A stretch of 59,122 bases of DNA, counting the filler. It is 9 parts of 9 records of this genome, joined end to end, with 100 filler letters (N's around TTAATTAATTAA, not from the genome) between each part and the next. Parts side by side here need not be neighbours in the genome. Positions count along the whole stretch, not along the records: positions 1 to 10,261 come from SRR31156797_118977; 8 more parts are not named here. The stretch is one strand, 5' to 3'. Every line of letters begins with the position of its first letter. The first letter of the stretch is position 1. The notes below the pieces were generated by a model. The model had not been told where the DNA came from and searched no databases. It saw only the letters and a list, made by a program, of their open reading frames with translations. Shown here piece by piece: positions 1-9,503 of the stretch. A program made the position numbers and the translations under genes.

Positions 1-396
1 GGTGACGGTACCCAAAAGTCCCAGAAGGGGAGCTGCTGCGGCCAATACCATTATGGTGGGGATGTGGCGGTAAAAATCCCGTGTTTGCCGGTGGACGGCC
101 ACCTCGAAAAAAATTTGATCCGGCCTTTCTATGGGGTGTTCTTCTTTCTTGAAATAATTTTTCAGGAAAAATTTAAGGATTCCTGCCCTTGGGCAGCCTG
201 TTGCCGGTACACATCGGTCAGGGGATTCCAGGCATTTTAATGCTTCGGCCACAGGCAGGGCCTTTCTGGTTGCCCGCCGGATCCAGTCTGCCTTGAGCAC
301 GATGAGAATCCACATCCAGGCGGACAAAAGGGCAATGGGCACCATGACCGGTCCCCCGGTTTCAATGATTTTCCATATTCTAAGAAAAATTTCCAT
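1..396 (-). CDS. MotA/TolQ/ExbB proton channel protein (3' end truncated by window edge)
   Basis: Not in the ORF track. Manual translation from ATG 396: MEIFLRIWKIIETGGPVMVPIALLSAWMWILI...IMVLAAAAPLLGLLGTVT. GG-VM-PI and APLLGLLGTV are ExbB motifs. Confidence 0.85.
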   Translation of the reverse strand, partial: MEIFLRIWKIIETGGPVMVPIALLSAWMWILIVLKADWIRRATRKALPVAEALKCLESPDRCVPATGCPRAGILKFFLKNYFKKEEHPIERPDQIFFEVAVHRQTRDFYRHIPTIMVLAAAAPLLGLLGTVT

Positions 397-1837
397 TGGA
401 TTTAAGGCTTTCTTTTTTTGTTTTATTTTCCATTGGTGCCAGTTTGAGCAGGGCTGCCATAAGGGCAAGACCCTTTTCTTCCATATCCCTGGCAAGGGAC
501 TGGGCCCGCCGGCTTAAAAAGGCGGAAACAATCATGATGGGGATGGCTACGGCAAGGCCCACCTGGGTGGTGACCATGGCCTCGCTGATTCCCCCTGCCA
601 TGAGTCTTGGGTCTCCTGTTCCATGGGTGGTGATCACCTGAAAGGTGTTGATCATACCGGTGACGGTCCCTAAAAGTCCAAGAAGGGGGGCAATGGCAGC
701 CGATACCTTCAGGGCGGAAAGAAACCGTTCCAGCCGGGGCGTTTCTTTTAAAATGGCCTCTGACAGGGCGCTTTCCACCACGGTTTCCGATTCCCCTTTC
801 AAATCCAGCCCGGCCATGAGAACCCTTCCCGTGGGTCTTTTCCTGTGGGGCATGGTTTCTGCCAGAGCGGCCTTGAAATTCCCCAGGGCTACAAGCTCCG
901 TAACTCTTGTCATGAGATCGTCTGTGTTGTGACGGACCCTGCCTAGAAAAATCAGTCGTTCAACGGTCAGGCACAGGGCCACCAGACCCACCAGCAGGAT
1001 GGGGATTACCAGGATCCCGCCGCTTTTGAGCTGATCCATCCATCCTGTCCTCCTGGAAAGCTGGGCAATGGCGATTCCGCCTGAGATATCCAGATAGACC
1101 CTGGAGGTTTCGCCTTCCAGATACTTATTAAGATTCTTCCTGACCAGCAGAGGAGGGGAGGCCGCCATGACCAGACGGCCGGATATTGGGGAGAGCGTCA
1201 AATAGCCGGTTTCTTTTCCCGATTGGTAAAGTGCTGCCATATGGCCCAGGCGGGTAATGTCTGATTCCACGGTTTCCCCGTTCCGGTCCAGAACTTTACC
1301 AATGTAATGGTTTCTGGTTGTTGAGTGTTCCATGTCTGTAAAGCAGATATTCACAAGCGCTTCCAGTTTTTCCATGCCCAAAGCTTTTCCCCCCTCCAGA
1401 ATGGATTTAAGACGCTTGACAATTTCGGGGTATTCGGCTGAACACGGACTTTTTTCCGCGCGTCCCAGCAGGTTCCTGGCCGTATCCCTGACAATGGTCG
1501 CCAGCTCCTCTTTTCCGGATAGACGGACTGAAATCTGTTTTTGAAGCTCATCCCTCTGGACGGCCATTTCTTTGAGCTGTTCCCTGCCTGTGGCAAGATC
1601 TTTTTGTGCCTCTTCAAGACGGGTTTTCACATCAGCCAGTTTCCGGATCAGGAGGCGGCGTTTTTGGGATACCTCTTTGGCTGTGGTTTTCCGGGTCTGA
1701 ACGGCGGCTTTAAGTTCAGAATCCATGGCATCGCCTACATTGTCAAATGTATTACCGGCAAAAACCGGGGAAACAAGAACACCGGTCAGGAACAGGGCCA
1801 AAATTAGAAGTTGGAGCAGGTTTTTAATCGGTTTCAA
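380..1837 (-). CDS. Extended ExbB/MotA/TolQ family protein (signal peptide, coiled coil, C-terminal ExbB domain)
   Basis: C-terminal APLLGLLGTVTGMINTF...MAGGISEAMVTTQVGLAVAIP; N-terminal signal and coiled-coil segment; TTG start with GGGAGG RBS. Confidence 0.9.
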   Translation of the reverse strand: MKPIKNLLQLLILALFLTGVLVSPVFAGNTFDNVGDAMDSELKAAVQTRKTTAKEVSQKRRLLIRKLADVKTRLEEAQKDLATGREQLKEMAVQRDELQKQISVRLSGKEELATIVRDTARNLLGRAEKSPCSAEYPEIVKRLKSILEGGKALGMEKLEALVNICFTDMEHSTTRNHYIGKVLDRNGETVESDITRLGHMAALYQSGKETGYLTLSPISGRLVMAASPPLLVRKNLNKYLEGETSRVYLDISGGIAIAQLSRRTGWMDQLKSGGILVIPILLVGLVALCLTVERLIFLGRVRHNTDDLMTRVTELVALGNFKAALAETMPHRKRPTGRVLMAGLDLKGESETVVESALSEAILKETPRLERFLSALKVSAAIAPLLGLLGTVTGMINTFQVITTHGTGDPRLMAGGISEAMVTTQVGLAVAIPIMIVSAFLSRRAQSLARDMEEKGLALMAALLKLAPMENKTKKESLKSNGNFS

Positions 1838-2672
1838 TGGAAGAGCCTCCCTTTTGTACTTCAGGTTCCGAAGTGCCGGCAGACCCGGGCAGGGTGACCG
1901 GAATCCGGCTCAACCCGATAATCCTCACACCTTCGGCCATTTCAATTGCCTGGAGAATTTCCCTTGCCGGTCCGTCCAGGAGAGTAAATTTGCCCAGATC
2001 CCTGTCCCAGGCATAGGCAGATCTTCCGTCAGGTGTCAGGGCAAAAAGGCCGATGCGCCCAACCCTCAGAAGTTTGACCTGCTTTAATTGCCCCCCTGCA
2101 TTGATTTCATCTTCCTTTACCCCCACCGTATATCCCCGGTCCACTTCCCGGCTGAGGGTATCGAAAACCATCCGGGTCTTGAACAACAGCCCTTTGTCGT
2201 AGTCGTTCAGCACGGACTGGGTCGCGTTCATGTATTTTCGGCGCTGCTCAAGGTCCATGGGCAGGTCTGATTTTACAAATTTCCACAGTCTGTTAAGGGC
2301 ATCATCCAGGACCGGTAAAAGTTCAAACTCCACTTTTTGCATTTCAGCGGCCTGGGCTTTTAAATCTTCTATTTTGAGGATTAGGTTCTGTAGAAAAATT
2401 TTATTTTTTTTCTGCCGCCACAGGGTATGTTTTAACTGGGACTCTGCTGCTTCAATCCGGTCCATGAGAGCCTCTTGCTCATCCACCCAGGATTCGACCG
2501 TCTTCTGTGTCCTGGCATCTGTAACAACGGTTTTTTCCGCAGTCTGCCGGACCTGTCCGCCCGTGTGGGTGTTTCCCAAAACCGGAACCACTTTGAGGAT
2601 TAAGATGGAAAAAAGAATCAGGCCAGGCAGGGCCAGGCTGGGTAATGGCATGTGAAGCCAACGGTTATTCAC
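1824..2672 (-). CDS. DUF3450 family protein (TonB-system accessory)
   Basis: Coiled coil, FVKSDLP, LLRVGRIGL motifs; lies upstream of the long ExbB; GTG 2672 follows AAGGAGG. Confidence 0.8.
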   Translation of the reverse strand: MNNRWLHMPLPSLALPGLILFSILILKVVPVLGNTHTGGQVRQTAEKTVVTDARTQKTVESWVDEQEALMDRIEAAESQLKHTLWRQKKNKIFLQNLILKIEDLKAQAAEMQKVEFELLPVLDDALNRLWKFVKSDLPMDLEQRRKYMNATQSVLNDYDKGLLFKTRMVFDTLSREVDRGYTVGVKEDEINAGGQLKQVKLLRVGRIGLFALTPDGRSAYAWDRDLGKFTLLDGPAREILQAIEMAEGVRIIGLSRIPVTLPGSAGTSEPEVQKGGSSIETD

Positions 2673-2749
2673 GGATTCCTCCTTTTTAAAACAGCATGAT
2701 TGTTCTGCATAGTATGGCGGATGGGAATGCCCCACCCGCCTTTTAGGAC

Positions 2750-3553
2750 CTATTTGTGAATTTTGAATGTAAGTGTTGAAAGCAACGTAACCCCATCAGC
2801 CTTGGCCTTGTCAGGATGCTCTAACTCTTTTTTTGCATTTACGATCCAGTATCCGTGTTTCAGGGGGATAAATTGGACAATACCTTTTAAATCAGTTCTC
2901 CCGGAAAACGCTTTGTACTGGTATTCTTTGTCGGAAAATCCGGCAAAAGTTGCCTCTACAGCTATGGTTTTGGCGGGTTTGCCGTCACACAGCACCTGCA
3001 GGGGCAATTTTCCTTCCACCCTGACCTTGGCGGGATTTTTAAGAGGGACGATCTCCAAGCGTTGACCCACAGGCTTGGTAATAAAGGCTTCATCCGTATC
3101 ATCTTGTACATTGAGAATGGTTTTGGCACACATGGACCATTCCATTACTGAGTCCGCATCCGGACGCTGAATACGGTTTGTCATGGCCCACCCGTCTTTA
3201 CCATTTGACCAGAAGGTGGGTTGATATAAGCCGGTCACTATGTAGGTGCCTTTTGTGAGGTTAATTTTCTTCTGATAGGCGTAATTTTCTCCAACCTGAT
3301 CAAGGGGTGTCACCCCGGCAGGCGTAATCAACTGAAGTGGTGCAAAAATATGAATTCTGTCAGAAGGAATGGGTTCCGGATCAGGAAATGAATGACCATA
3401 TCCAATATCCGCCCGTACTAGGCCGTTCTTTGGCTCAATGGCATTTACCCAGAAGTCATGGGCAGATGCCGTGGGTAACGCGACTGTTAGAAAAAAAGAA
3501 AACAGATAAAAAACAGAGAGACTCAAACCGATTTTTTTGAAAAACGAAAGCAT
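2750..3553 (-). CDS. DUF4198 family periplasmic protein (associated with Ni/Co uptake loci)
   Basis: Signal peptide then AHDFW (His at mature N-terminus), GYGH-FP, GQRLEIVPL-NP, TD-KG...GYW, TLTF. Confidence 0.85.
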   Translation of the reverse strand: MLSFFKKIGLSLSVFYLFSFFLTVALPTASAHDFWVNAIEPKNGLVRADIGYGHSFPDPEPIPSDRIHIFAPLQLITPAGVTPLDQVGENYAYQKKINLTKGTYIVTGLYQPTFWSNGKDGWAMTNRIQRPDADSVMEWSMCAKTILNVQDDTDEAFITKPVGQRLEIVPLKNPAKVRVEGKLPLQVLCDGKPAKTIAVEATFAGFSDKEYQYKAFSGRTDLKGIVQFIPLKHGYWIVNAKKELEHPDKAKADGVTLLSTLTFKIHK

Positions 3554-3599
3554 TTTTTTTCTCCATAATTAGGTTGAAAATTCACTAGTTGAACAAAGA

Positions 3600-5684
3600 T
3601 CAGTAATCTATTGAAACCCACAGGTAACAGCTTCTTCCATCACCAGGATTGTACCCGTTGTCATTATCCCAGATAAAGCTGTTGTAAGATTCATCAAAAA
3701 TATTTTTTACATCAAAGCCAATGGTTGCTTTTTCCCATTTATATCCCACGGACCAGTTCCAAACATTAAAATTACCATCTTTTTCTCTTGTATTTGCTGC
3801 ATTAATTTCATAATCCCCCATAAACTCCGCCGAGAGATTCGAAAAGAAGCCGCTTGGGTGGGAGAAATCAATTCCAAGTTTTGCTGAATAGTCGGGTATG
3901 GTTTCAATATCGTTGCCTTTTATGTCTTCGAGCCCCGGTCCCGGGTCTGTATACTTTGCATCAATGAGGGAGTAAGACCCCCATAACGATACCCAGTCGT
4001 GGGGACGAATACTCAATGAAAAATCCAGGCCCTTTCGGGTTGTTTCACCGGCATTGATATAATCTCCGGAACCGTCATTTTTGCTTCTGACTTCATCGGA
4101 TGCGATCATCTCCCAATAATCGATCCGTGCAGATAACCACGTGTAGGGTGAAATCTTGATGCCCAGTTCCCATCCGTCATTTTTAGAGTAGCCAATATCC
4201 CTGGAGATTGTACTACCACCGCTACTCTGTCCGAAAAGCGCTGGAATTGAGGGGAGTTGAAAGGTTCGACCGTAGTTTGCGTAGAAATTATAGCCCTCCC
4301 ATGGTGTGATGATGACACCTGCCTTTGGCTGCCAGATATAATCCAGATCAACCATGTCGGTGGTCAACCCGGTCTGCTGGTTGGTCATTTCCCCATCAAA
4401 TACGTCCACACGAAGTGCCAAAACCAGGCGCAGCCAGTTTGTAACATCAGCATCGGTCTGTACATAGCTTCCCAGGTAATCATAGGATGAATCCCAATCC
4501 CGGTACGGGGTTCCCTGTCGAACACGGTTGTCGGTTGTGTATCGCTGGTTTAAGTAATCTTGAAGTTGATAGTCGACTCCCCAATCAATTTTCAGTTTGG
4601 GAATGAAACTGTCGTATGTTTCGTAGGTGAGGGTGGAGATGGCACCGTATTGATCATAATCATTTAAACGTTCCGATTGTGGACCCTCAAGGCTCCATCT
4701 GGCCCATCGAATTCTCTCAATGTGCTGAAAGTATGTTTTAAAGGACCAGGCGAGTTGATCTGTGAAATAGTAGTCCATGTGGGCGCTAACATGCTGGTTG
4801 TCTTGTTCTCCCCCGTCTGAAAGGGCAAACTCGGCTGCCTGGGTGGGATTGTTTGCAGCCTGCTCCTTGGTCAGATAACCGGGTGCATTTGCGTCCATGC
4901 TGAAAAAGCGGGCAATCACACCGACTTTAAGATTTTTATCGTTGTTTGTGTAAAACCATTTTCCCGATGCAGCGCCCTTTTTCAGATCTGAATGCTCACG
5001 ATATCCATCTGTCTGGCGGTATCCGGCAAAATAGGTCTGGCTGAAATTTTCATCTTCCTTTCCGATGATTACGCCTGCATCGTAGGTGTCGTAACTACCT
5101 GTTAAAAAGCGTGCCTGGGTAAAGTTCCCCCCCTGTTTGGTATGCAAATTAACGTTTCCGGCGAGATTCAGGAGCCCATACCTGGGATCGGAGGTTCCCT
5201 TCACAACCTCCATATGATCAATCTCCAGTGGAAGAAAAGGCTGGATATCGATGGAGCTGACCCTGTTGTGGGGAATACCGTCCACGATTAAGGAAATAGG
5301 CGGGTTACTGAAGGTATCAAAGCCACGCATGGAAATGCTGCCTGCGGTGACGCCCTGATTCCAGTCACCATAATACACACCAGGCACTTTTTTCATCAGT
5401 TCCATACTGAAATCCACATTTTCCATTTCTATCTGGTCGGAACCGATCACATCCACCGATGCGGGAGCGTCTGCCGTGGTCAAGAAATCGGCTTCCCCAG
5501 TCACCGTGATCTCGCCCATTTTCATATAGACTTTGCTTCTTTCTATTTCTGTTTCCGTTCCTGGCTGAACAGTTTCTGTCTTTTCTTTACTAAGCTTTTC
5601 ATCCTGGTCGATTTCATCTGCTGCGCCCAGAGCCATTGGCGTAATCAGCAACAACACAAGCCCCATTAACAAAACGCGTTTCAT
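3600..5684 (-). CDS. TonB-dependent outer membrane receptor
   Basis: Signal peptide, TonB-box-like EITVTG, plug motifs (SMRGF, EVVKG...RYG), beta-barrel composition, KNIFDESY, C-terminal aromatic residue. Confidence 0.93.
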   Translation of the reverse strand: MKRVLLMGLVLLLITPMALGAADEIDQDEKLSKEKTETVQPGTETEIERSKVYMKMGEITVTGEADFLTTADAPASVDVIGSDQIEMENVDFSMELMKKVPGVYYGDWNQGVTAGSISMRGFDTFSNPPISLIVDGIPHNRVSSIDIQPFLPLEIDHMEVVKGTSDPRYGLLNLAGNVNLHTKQGGNFTQARFLTGSYDTYDAGVIIGKEDENFSQTYFAGYRQTDGYREHSDLKKGAASGKWFYTNNDKNLKVGVIARFFSMDANAPGYLTKEQAANNPTQAAEFALSDGGEQDNQHVSAHMDYYFTDQLAWSFKTYFQHIERIRWARWSLEGPQSERLNDYDQYGAISTLTYETYDSFIPKLKIDWGVDYQLQDYLNQRYTTDNRVRQGTPYRDWDSSYDYLGSYVQTDADVTNWLRLVLALRVDVFDGEMTNQQTGLTTDMVDLDYIWQPKAGVIITPWEGYNFYANYGRTFQLPSIPALFGQSSGGSTISRDIGYSKNDGWELGIKISPYTWLSARIDYWEMIASDEVRSKNDGSGDYINAGETTRKGLDFSLSIRPHDWVSLWGSYSLIDAKYTDPGPGLEDIKGNDIETIPDYSAKLGIDFSHPSGFFSNLSAEFMGDYEINAANTREKDGNFNVWNWSVGYKWEKATIGFDVKNIFDESYNSFIWDNDNGYNPGDGRSCYLWVSIDY

Positions 5685-5741
5685 CCTTACTCCTTCCTTT
5701 TTAGATTAGAAAACGGTAATACCTCGAACAGCAAGGGGCCG

Positions 5742-5782
5742 AAAAATAAAAATCCCTGCATCCAATAATGGACGCAGGGATT
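5742..5782 (-). terminator. Intrinsic terminator, probable expression platform of the cobalamin riboswitch
   Basis: Minus strand AATCCCTGCGTCCA-ttat-TGGATGCAGGGATT followed by TTTATTTTT, between aptamer and receptor start. Confidence 0.8.
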
Positions 5783-5847
5783 CCGTATTCAATCCTTGTT
5801 AGCAGTTTTCTACAAACGACCCATTCCTCGAGGTGATTGCACTCATA

Positions 5848-6030
5848 CATGGGTAGGTCTTCTGGCTCCACATACCCCTCGGTTGCCTTCCCATTCAAGA
5901 AATATTGAACAGTGACATAAATTACCGATAGGCCAGCCCTGAAGCGTTCAAGGCCTATGTGTTACAGCGGCGGGTCCGCTCCCGATTTTAACGGGATTCT
6001 CTGTTATGTCCTTTCGGACACCCATGATAC
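5848..6030 (-). ncRNA. Cobalamin (B12) riboswitch
   Basis: Minus strand GGTG...TAACAGAGAATCCCGTTAAAATCGGGAGCGGACCCGCCGCTGTAAC...GTCACTG...TGGGAAGGC...GAGCCAGAAGACCTACC (B12 box), upstream of a TonB receptor. Confidence 0.93.
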
Positions 6031-6054
6031 TAACTTATGTGTATGTGAAGCAGC

Positions 6055-6083
6055 TTGTTAGTAGAGTTCTTCCTTGTTGTCAA
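6055..6083 (-). promoter_or_regulatory. Putative sigma70 promoter of the riboswitch leader
   Basis: TTGACA(6083-6078)-N17-TAACAA, about 25 nt before the aptamer. Confidence 0.45.
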
Positions 6084-6297
6084 GTTATTTCTCACTCAAC
6101 GCATGGCGCGAATTAGAAAGTAAATCTGCCGGCTCCAAGAAAATTCAATCTGCTCATAAAGCCGGAGATGATTTGCCAATATATTGAATTTTCCGGGGAA
6201 TGTTGTGTTTTTATTTGGATCAAGTGAATAAACCATTAGAGAATTAACCCATACCCAGGTTAGCTTGGGCTGCAGTGATTTATTCCATCTGTGGCAC

Positions 6298-6837
6298 TTA
6301 TTTTTTCATGGCCATCAGAATATCTTTTTGATCAACTGTATTATCTTTATTTAAATCAGCTGAAAAAGGCAGTTCATTGATGGCAAAAAACAGACCAGAC
6401 TTCAATTGGCCCTGCTTGGTTCTGGAAAATGGGAACCGCAGCACAGGTTTGTTTTTTCCATATCGCATGTTGATCGTCGTCAACTGGTTCTCCTCGGTTT
6501 TAAAAATAGCATATGATCCTTTTATATCCTTTGGGGTAAGTCCTTTTTTAATGGTCCATACTTTGTAAAAATAAAATAATTGATCCAGATCCTTATCAGG
6601 GGGATTTAAAATCAAAGTCTGCCAGGTTTCAGGAGGCTGCTCATTTTCGACAATTGTGTTCAGAATCAATTTGGACTGTTGAATTTCATCCATATTGGAA
6701 AGGTTTGCTGTGATCCGGTTCAGCTGGATTATAATCTCGTCAAAAAAACCGGTGCCGTGGATCATGGAGCTGGCAAAAATACTTCCGTAGACAATTGTAG
6801 ACATGACAATCAAGGTAATGGCAAACCGTTTAGGCAT
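6298..6837 (-). CDS. Hypothetical exported protein with C-terminal dockerin/EF-hand-like loop
   Basis: 179 aa ORF, hydrophobic N-terminus, ends ADLNKDNTVDQKDILMAMKK. Confidence 0.65.
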   Translation of the reverse strand: MPKRFAITLIVMSTIVYGSIFASSMIHGTGFFDEIIIQLNRITANLSNMDEIQQSKLILNTIVENEQPPETWQTLILNPPDKDLDQLFYFYKVWTIKKGLTPKDIKGSYAIFKTEENQLTTINMRYGKNKPVLRFPFSRTKQGQLKSGLFFAINELPFSADLNKDNTVDQKDILMAMKK

Positions 6838-7064
6838 CTGTGTTTTTCCTTTATATTGTTTGATGGCAGATTATTGGATAAGACCAGTATCTAAAGCATA
6901 GTCAGAACAGGCGTGAGATGTCAAGATTTCTTCCAAAATCCACTCAACGCTACCTTTTTCGTCTCAGTGCATTAAAGATAGCCTCAATTGGGCATCATGG
7001 GCTGAAAATTTAAAAATATTAGGACCAAAGATTGGGCACATTAGACAGTCCTGCCTAAAAAAGC

Positions 7065-7106
7065 AAAAGACGCTGCTCCTTTTAAAAGAAGCAGCGTCTT
7101 TTTTTT
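7065..7106. terminator. Intrinsic terminator (potentially bidirectional) downstream of the symporter
   Basis: AAAAGACGCTGCT...AGCAGCGTCTTTT stem flanked by A and T tracts. Confidence 0.85.
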
Positions 7107-7135
7107 GTTCTACCTATTTAAAGGTTTGTTGAATC

Positions 7136-8893
7136 TTATGATTTAATGGGTACACGAATATCCTCGATAAGTTTCTGAATTCTTTCAGGAACCTCTTCCG
7201 TGCTCAAGGAAACAATGTAGGCTGTTATAAAATTGAAGATTGCACCGATAACACCAAATGACTGTGGATTAAGTCCAAAGAACCAGTGGTCAACATCGTC
7301 CGGAAAATTTGCTGTACCTTTAATAAAGAGCCAGCCCTTAAACATAAAGATATAAACAAGGGTTGATCCTAGACCAACCAGCATACCGGCGACAGCGCCT
7401 TTGTCATTAATACGTTTTGAAAAAATACCCATCATTAGAGCCGGGAATATGGATGATGCTGCAAGACCAAATGCCAGAGCAACCGTCTGTGCTGCAAACC
7501 CTGGAGGGTTCAATCCAAGATAACCTGCAACAAGGATGGCGCCGGCAATGGCCCAACGGCTGTAGCCAAGTTCCTGCTTATCCGTACAATTCGGAATTAA
7601 CCAGCCTTTTAAAACATCATGGGAGATGGCTGTTGCGATTGCAAGCAAAAGTCCTGCTGCTGTTGAAAGTGCGGCAGCAACACCACCAGCAGTTACAACT
7701 GCAATGACCCAGTTGGGAAGTTGTGCAATTTCAGGATTGGCAAGAACCATGATGTCCCTGTCAACCTTAACCATTTCATTACCTTTCCAACCAAATTCTT
7801 CCGCTTTTGTTCCGAGACCTTTTTCATCATAGTACTGGATACGACCATCACCATTCTTGTCTTCAAATTTTAAAAGCCCTGTGTGTTCCCAACTTTTAAA
7901 CCAGGACGGAACTTTGGCATATTCAATATTGCCTGTGGGTGATCCGACTTCTCCGGTTTGAATGGTTTGCATAAGGTTCATACGACCCATGGCACCAACC
8001 GCAGGGGCTGTGGTGTAAAGAAGGGCAATAAAAACAAGCGCCCAACCAGCAGAAGAGCGTGCGTCTTTTACTGTGGGAACCGTGAAAAATCTCATGATAA
8101 CGTGTGGCAGGCCCGCAGTACCGAGCATCAACGACATGGTCAAACAGAGCACGTTAAGCGTTGACATCTTCTGGACAGTGTAGCTCGCAAAGCCTAATTC
8201 CACGCACATGGTATCAAGTTTATCCAAAAGATACATACCACTTCCATCGGCCATCGTACTTCCAAGGCCCAATTGCGGAATAGGAACGCCGGTAAGGGTC
8301 AAAGAGATAAATATCGCCGGGACGGTATAGGCGAAAATAAGCACACAATATTGTGCGATCTGGGTATTGGTAACACCTTTCATTCCACCGAAAACGGCAT
8401 AGGCGAAAACGATGAACATACCAAGCAAAATTCCAACTTCAAATGATACCCCCAAAGACCTTGAAAAAACAACGCCGACGCCTTTCATCTGACCGATAAC
8501 ATAGGTGATCGATGCTACGATAAGACAGGCTACCGCAACCATTCTTGCAGTATTAGAATAGAATCTTTCACCGATAAACTCTGAAACGGTGAACTTTCCG
8601 AACTTTCTTAAATAGGGAGCAAGAAGCATTGCAAGAAGGCAATAGCCGCCTGTCCATCCCATTAAATAGACAGATCCATCGTATCCTAGAAATGAGATGA
8701 GCCCTGCCATAGAAATAAAGGATGCCGCAGACATCCAGTCCGCACCTGTGGCCATACCATTTGCAATTGGATGAACCCCTCCGCCAGCCACATAAAATTC
8801 ATGGGTATCGGTAACTCTTGACTTCCACGCAATGTAGATATAAAGAACAAAAGTCGCTCCAACAACAAGATACGTCAATACAGTCAAACTCAT
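7136..8893 (-). CDS. actP: Sodium:solute symporter, ActP-like (VC_2705 subfamily), probable acetate/monocarboxylate permease
   Basis: NGMATGADWMSAASFISMAG, GTAGLPHVIMRFFTVP, DIMVLANPEIA; paired with DUF4212 small subunit. Confidence 0.85.
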   Translation of the reverse strand: MSLTVLTYLVVGATFVLYIYIAWKSRVTDTHEFYVAGGGVHPIANGMATGADWMSAASFISMAGLISFLGYDGSVYLMGWTGGYCLLAMLLAPYLRKFGKFTVSEFIGERFYSNTARMVAVACLIVASITYVIGQMKGVGVVFSRSLGVSFEVGILLGMFIVFAYAVFGGMKGVTNTQIAQYCVLIFAYTVPAIFISLTLTGVPIPQLGLGSTMADGSGMYLLDKLDTMCVELGFASYTVQKMSTLNVLCLTMSLMLGTAGLPHVIMRFFTVPTVKDARSSAGWALVFIALLYTTAPAVGAMGRMNLMQTIQTGEVGSPTGNIEYAKVPSWFKSWEHTGLLKFEDKNGDGRIQYYDEKGLGTKAEEFGWKGNEMVKVDRDIMVLANPEIAQLPNWVIAVVTAGGVAAALSTAAGLLLAIATAISHDVLKGWLIPNCTDKQELGYSRWAIAGAILVAGYLGLNPPGFAAQTVALAFGLAASSIFPALMMGIFSKRINDKGAVAGMLVGLGSTLVYIFMFKGWLFIKGTANFPDDVDHWFFGLNPQSFGVIGAIFNFITAYIVSLSTEEVPERIQKLIEDIRVPIKS

Positions 8894-8927
8894 TAGCCTA
8901 ACTCCTTTTCAGTTTCTGATCAGCTTT

Positions 8928-9185
8928 TTATTCTTCCTCAACACCAAATTCTTTATCCAAGTTACCCATCATTTTGGCATAAATAAAAATCAATGCCGTA
9001 AAAACGTAAATAGACCCTTGCTGCGCGAACCAAAACCCTAACTTGTATCCCCCCAAGGAGATTTTATTAAGGGGTTCCATCAGTATAATTCCAAACCCGA
9101 AAGAACAGACAAACCATACGATTACACAAACAGCTACCAACTTAATGTTCCTTTGCCAGTACTCCGCCCTTGATTTCTCACCCAT
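8928..9185 (-). CDS. DUF4212 solute:sodium symporter small subunit
   Basis: YW..NIKL, LGFWFAQQGSIYVF, LDKEFGV; directly upstream of the symporter. Confidence 0.9.
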   Translation of the reverse strand: MGEKSRAEYWQRNIKLVAVCVIVWFVCSFGFGIILMEPLNKISLGGYKLGFWFAQQGSIYVFTALIFIYAKMMGNLDKEFGVEEE

Positions 9186-9398
9186 GGACTTTCCCTCCTA
9201 AGTTAAATTTAAGTTACTATACACCGTTCTTTACACCGTTCTTTAAATAAAAATTAATCAGACTACAGACTCTATTAGTGCCCGACCGAAAGCCGTAAAT
9301 TTTAATCCTCGAAATATTCTATGTATATCTTAGGTTATAATTTAAGCACGTCTTGTACTTGACAAATTTTCAGAACTTTTCAAATTTTTGTTCAGACA

Positions 9399-9503
9399 TT
9401 ATGGAAACATAGAACTAATGCCACGAACATCGTCTTTGAGAAAAGTGGTTTGAGGTTTAAAGAAATTGATCTCGTAATTACGGCTACTGGTACTTCTTTT
9501 CAT
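9399..9503 (-). pseudogene. 34-aa small ORF: truncated DUF4212-like paralogue or leader peptide
   Basis: AAGGAGGGGGAA-ATG; MKRSTSSRNYEINFFKPQTTFLKDDVRGISSMFP*. YEINFFKP recalls N-termini of deltaproteobacterial DUF4212 variants (from memory, unverified). Confidence 0.5.

Noticed and set aside
5701-5898. 65-aa ORF upstream of the TonB receptor
   Set aside because: It overlaps the B12 box and terminator of the riboswitch; no RBS or protein motif.
6124-6196. Interleaved inverted repeats (CCGGCT/AGCCGG and GAAAATTCAAT/ATTGAATTTTC) as a MITE or pseudoknot
   Set aside because: Short, single occurrence, no target duplication; insufficient support.
9220-9243. Tandem duplication TACACCGTTCTT x2
   Set aside because: Only two copies; most simply a slippage duplication with no supportable function.
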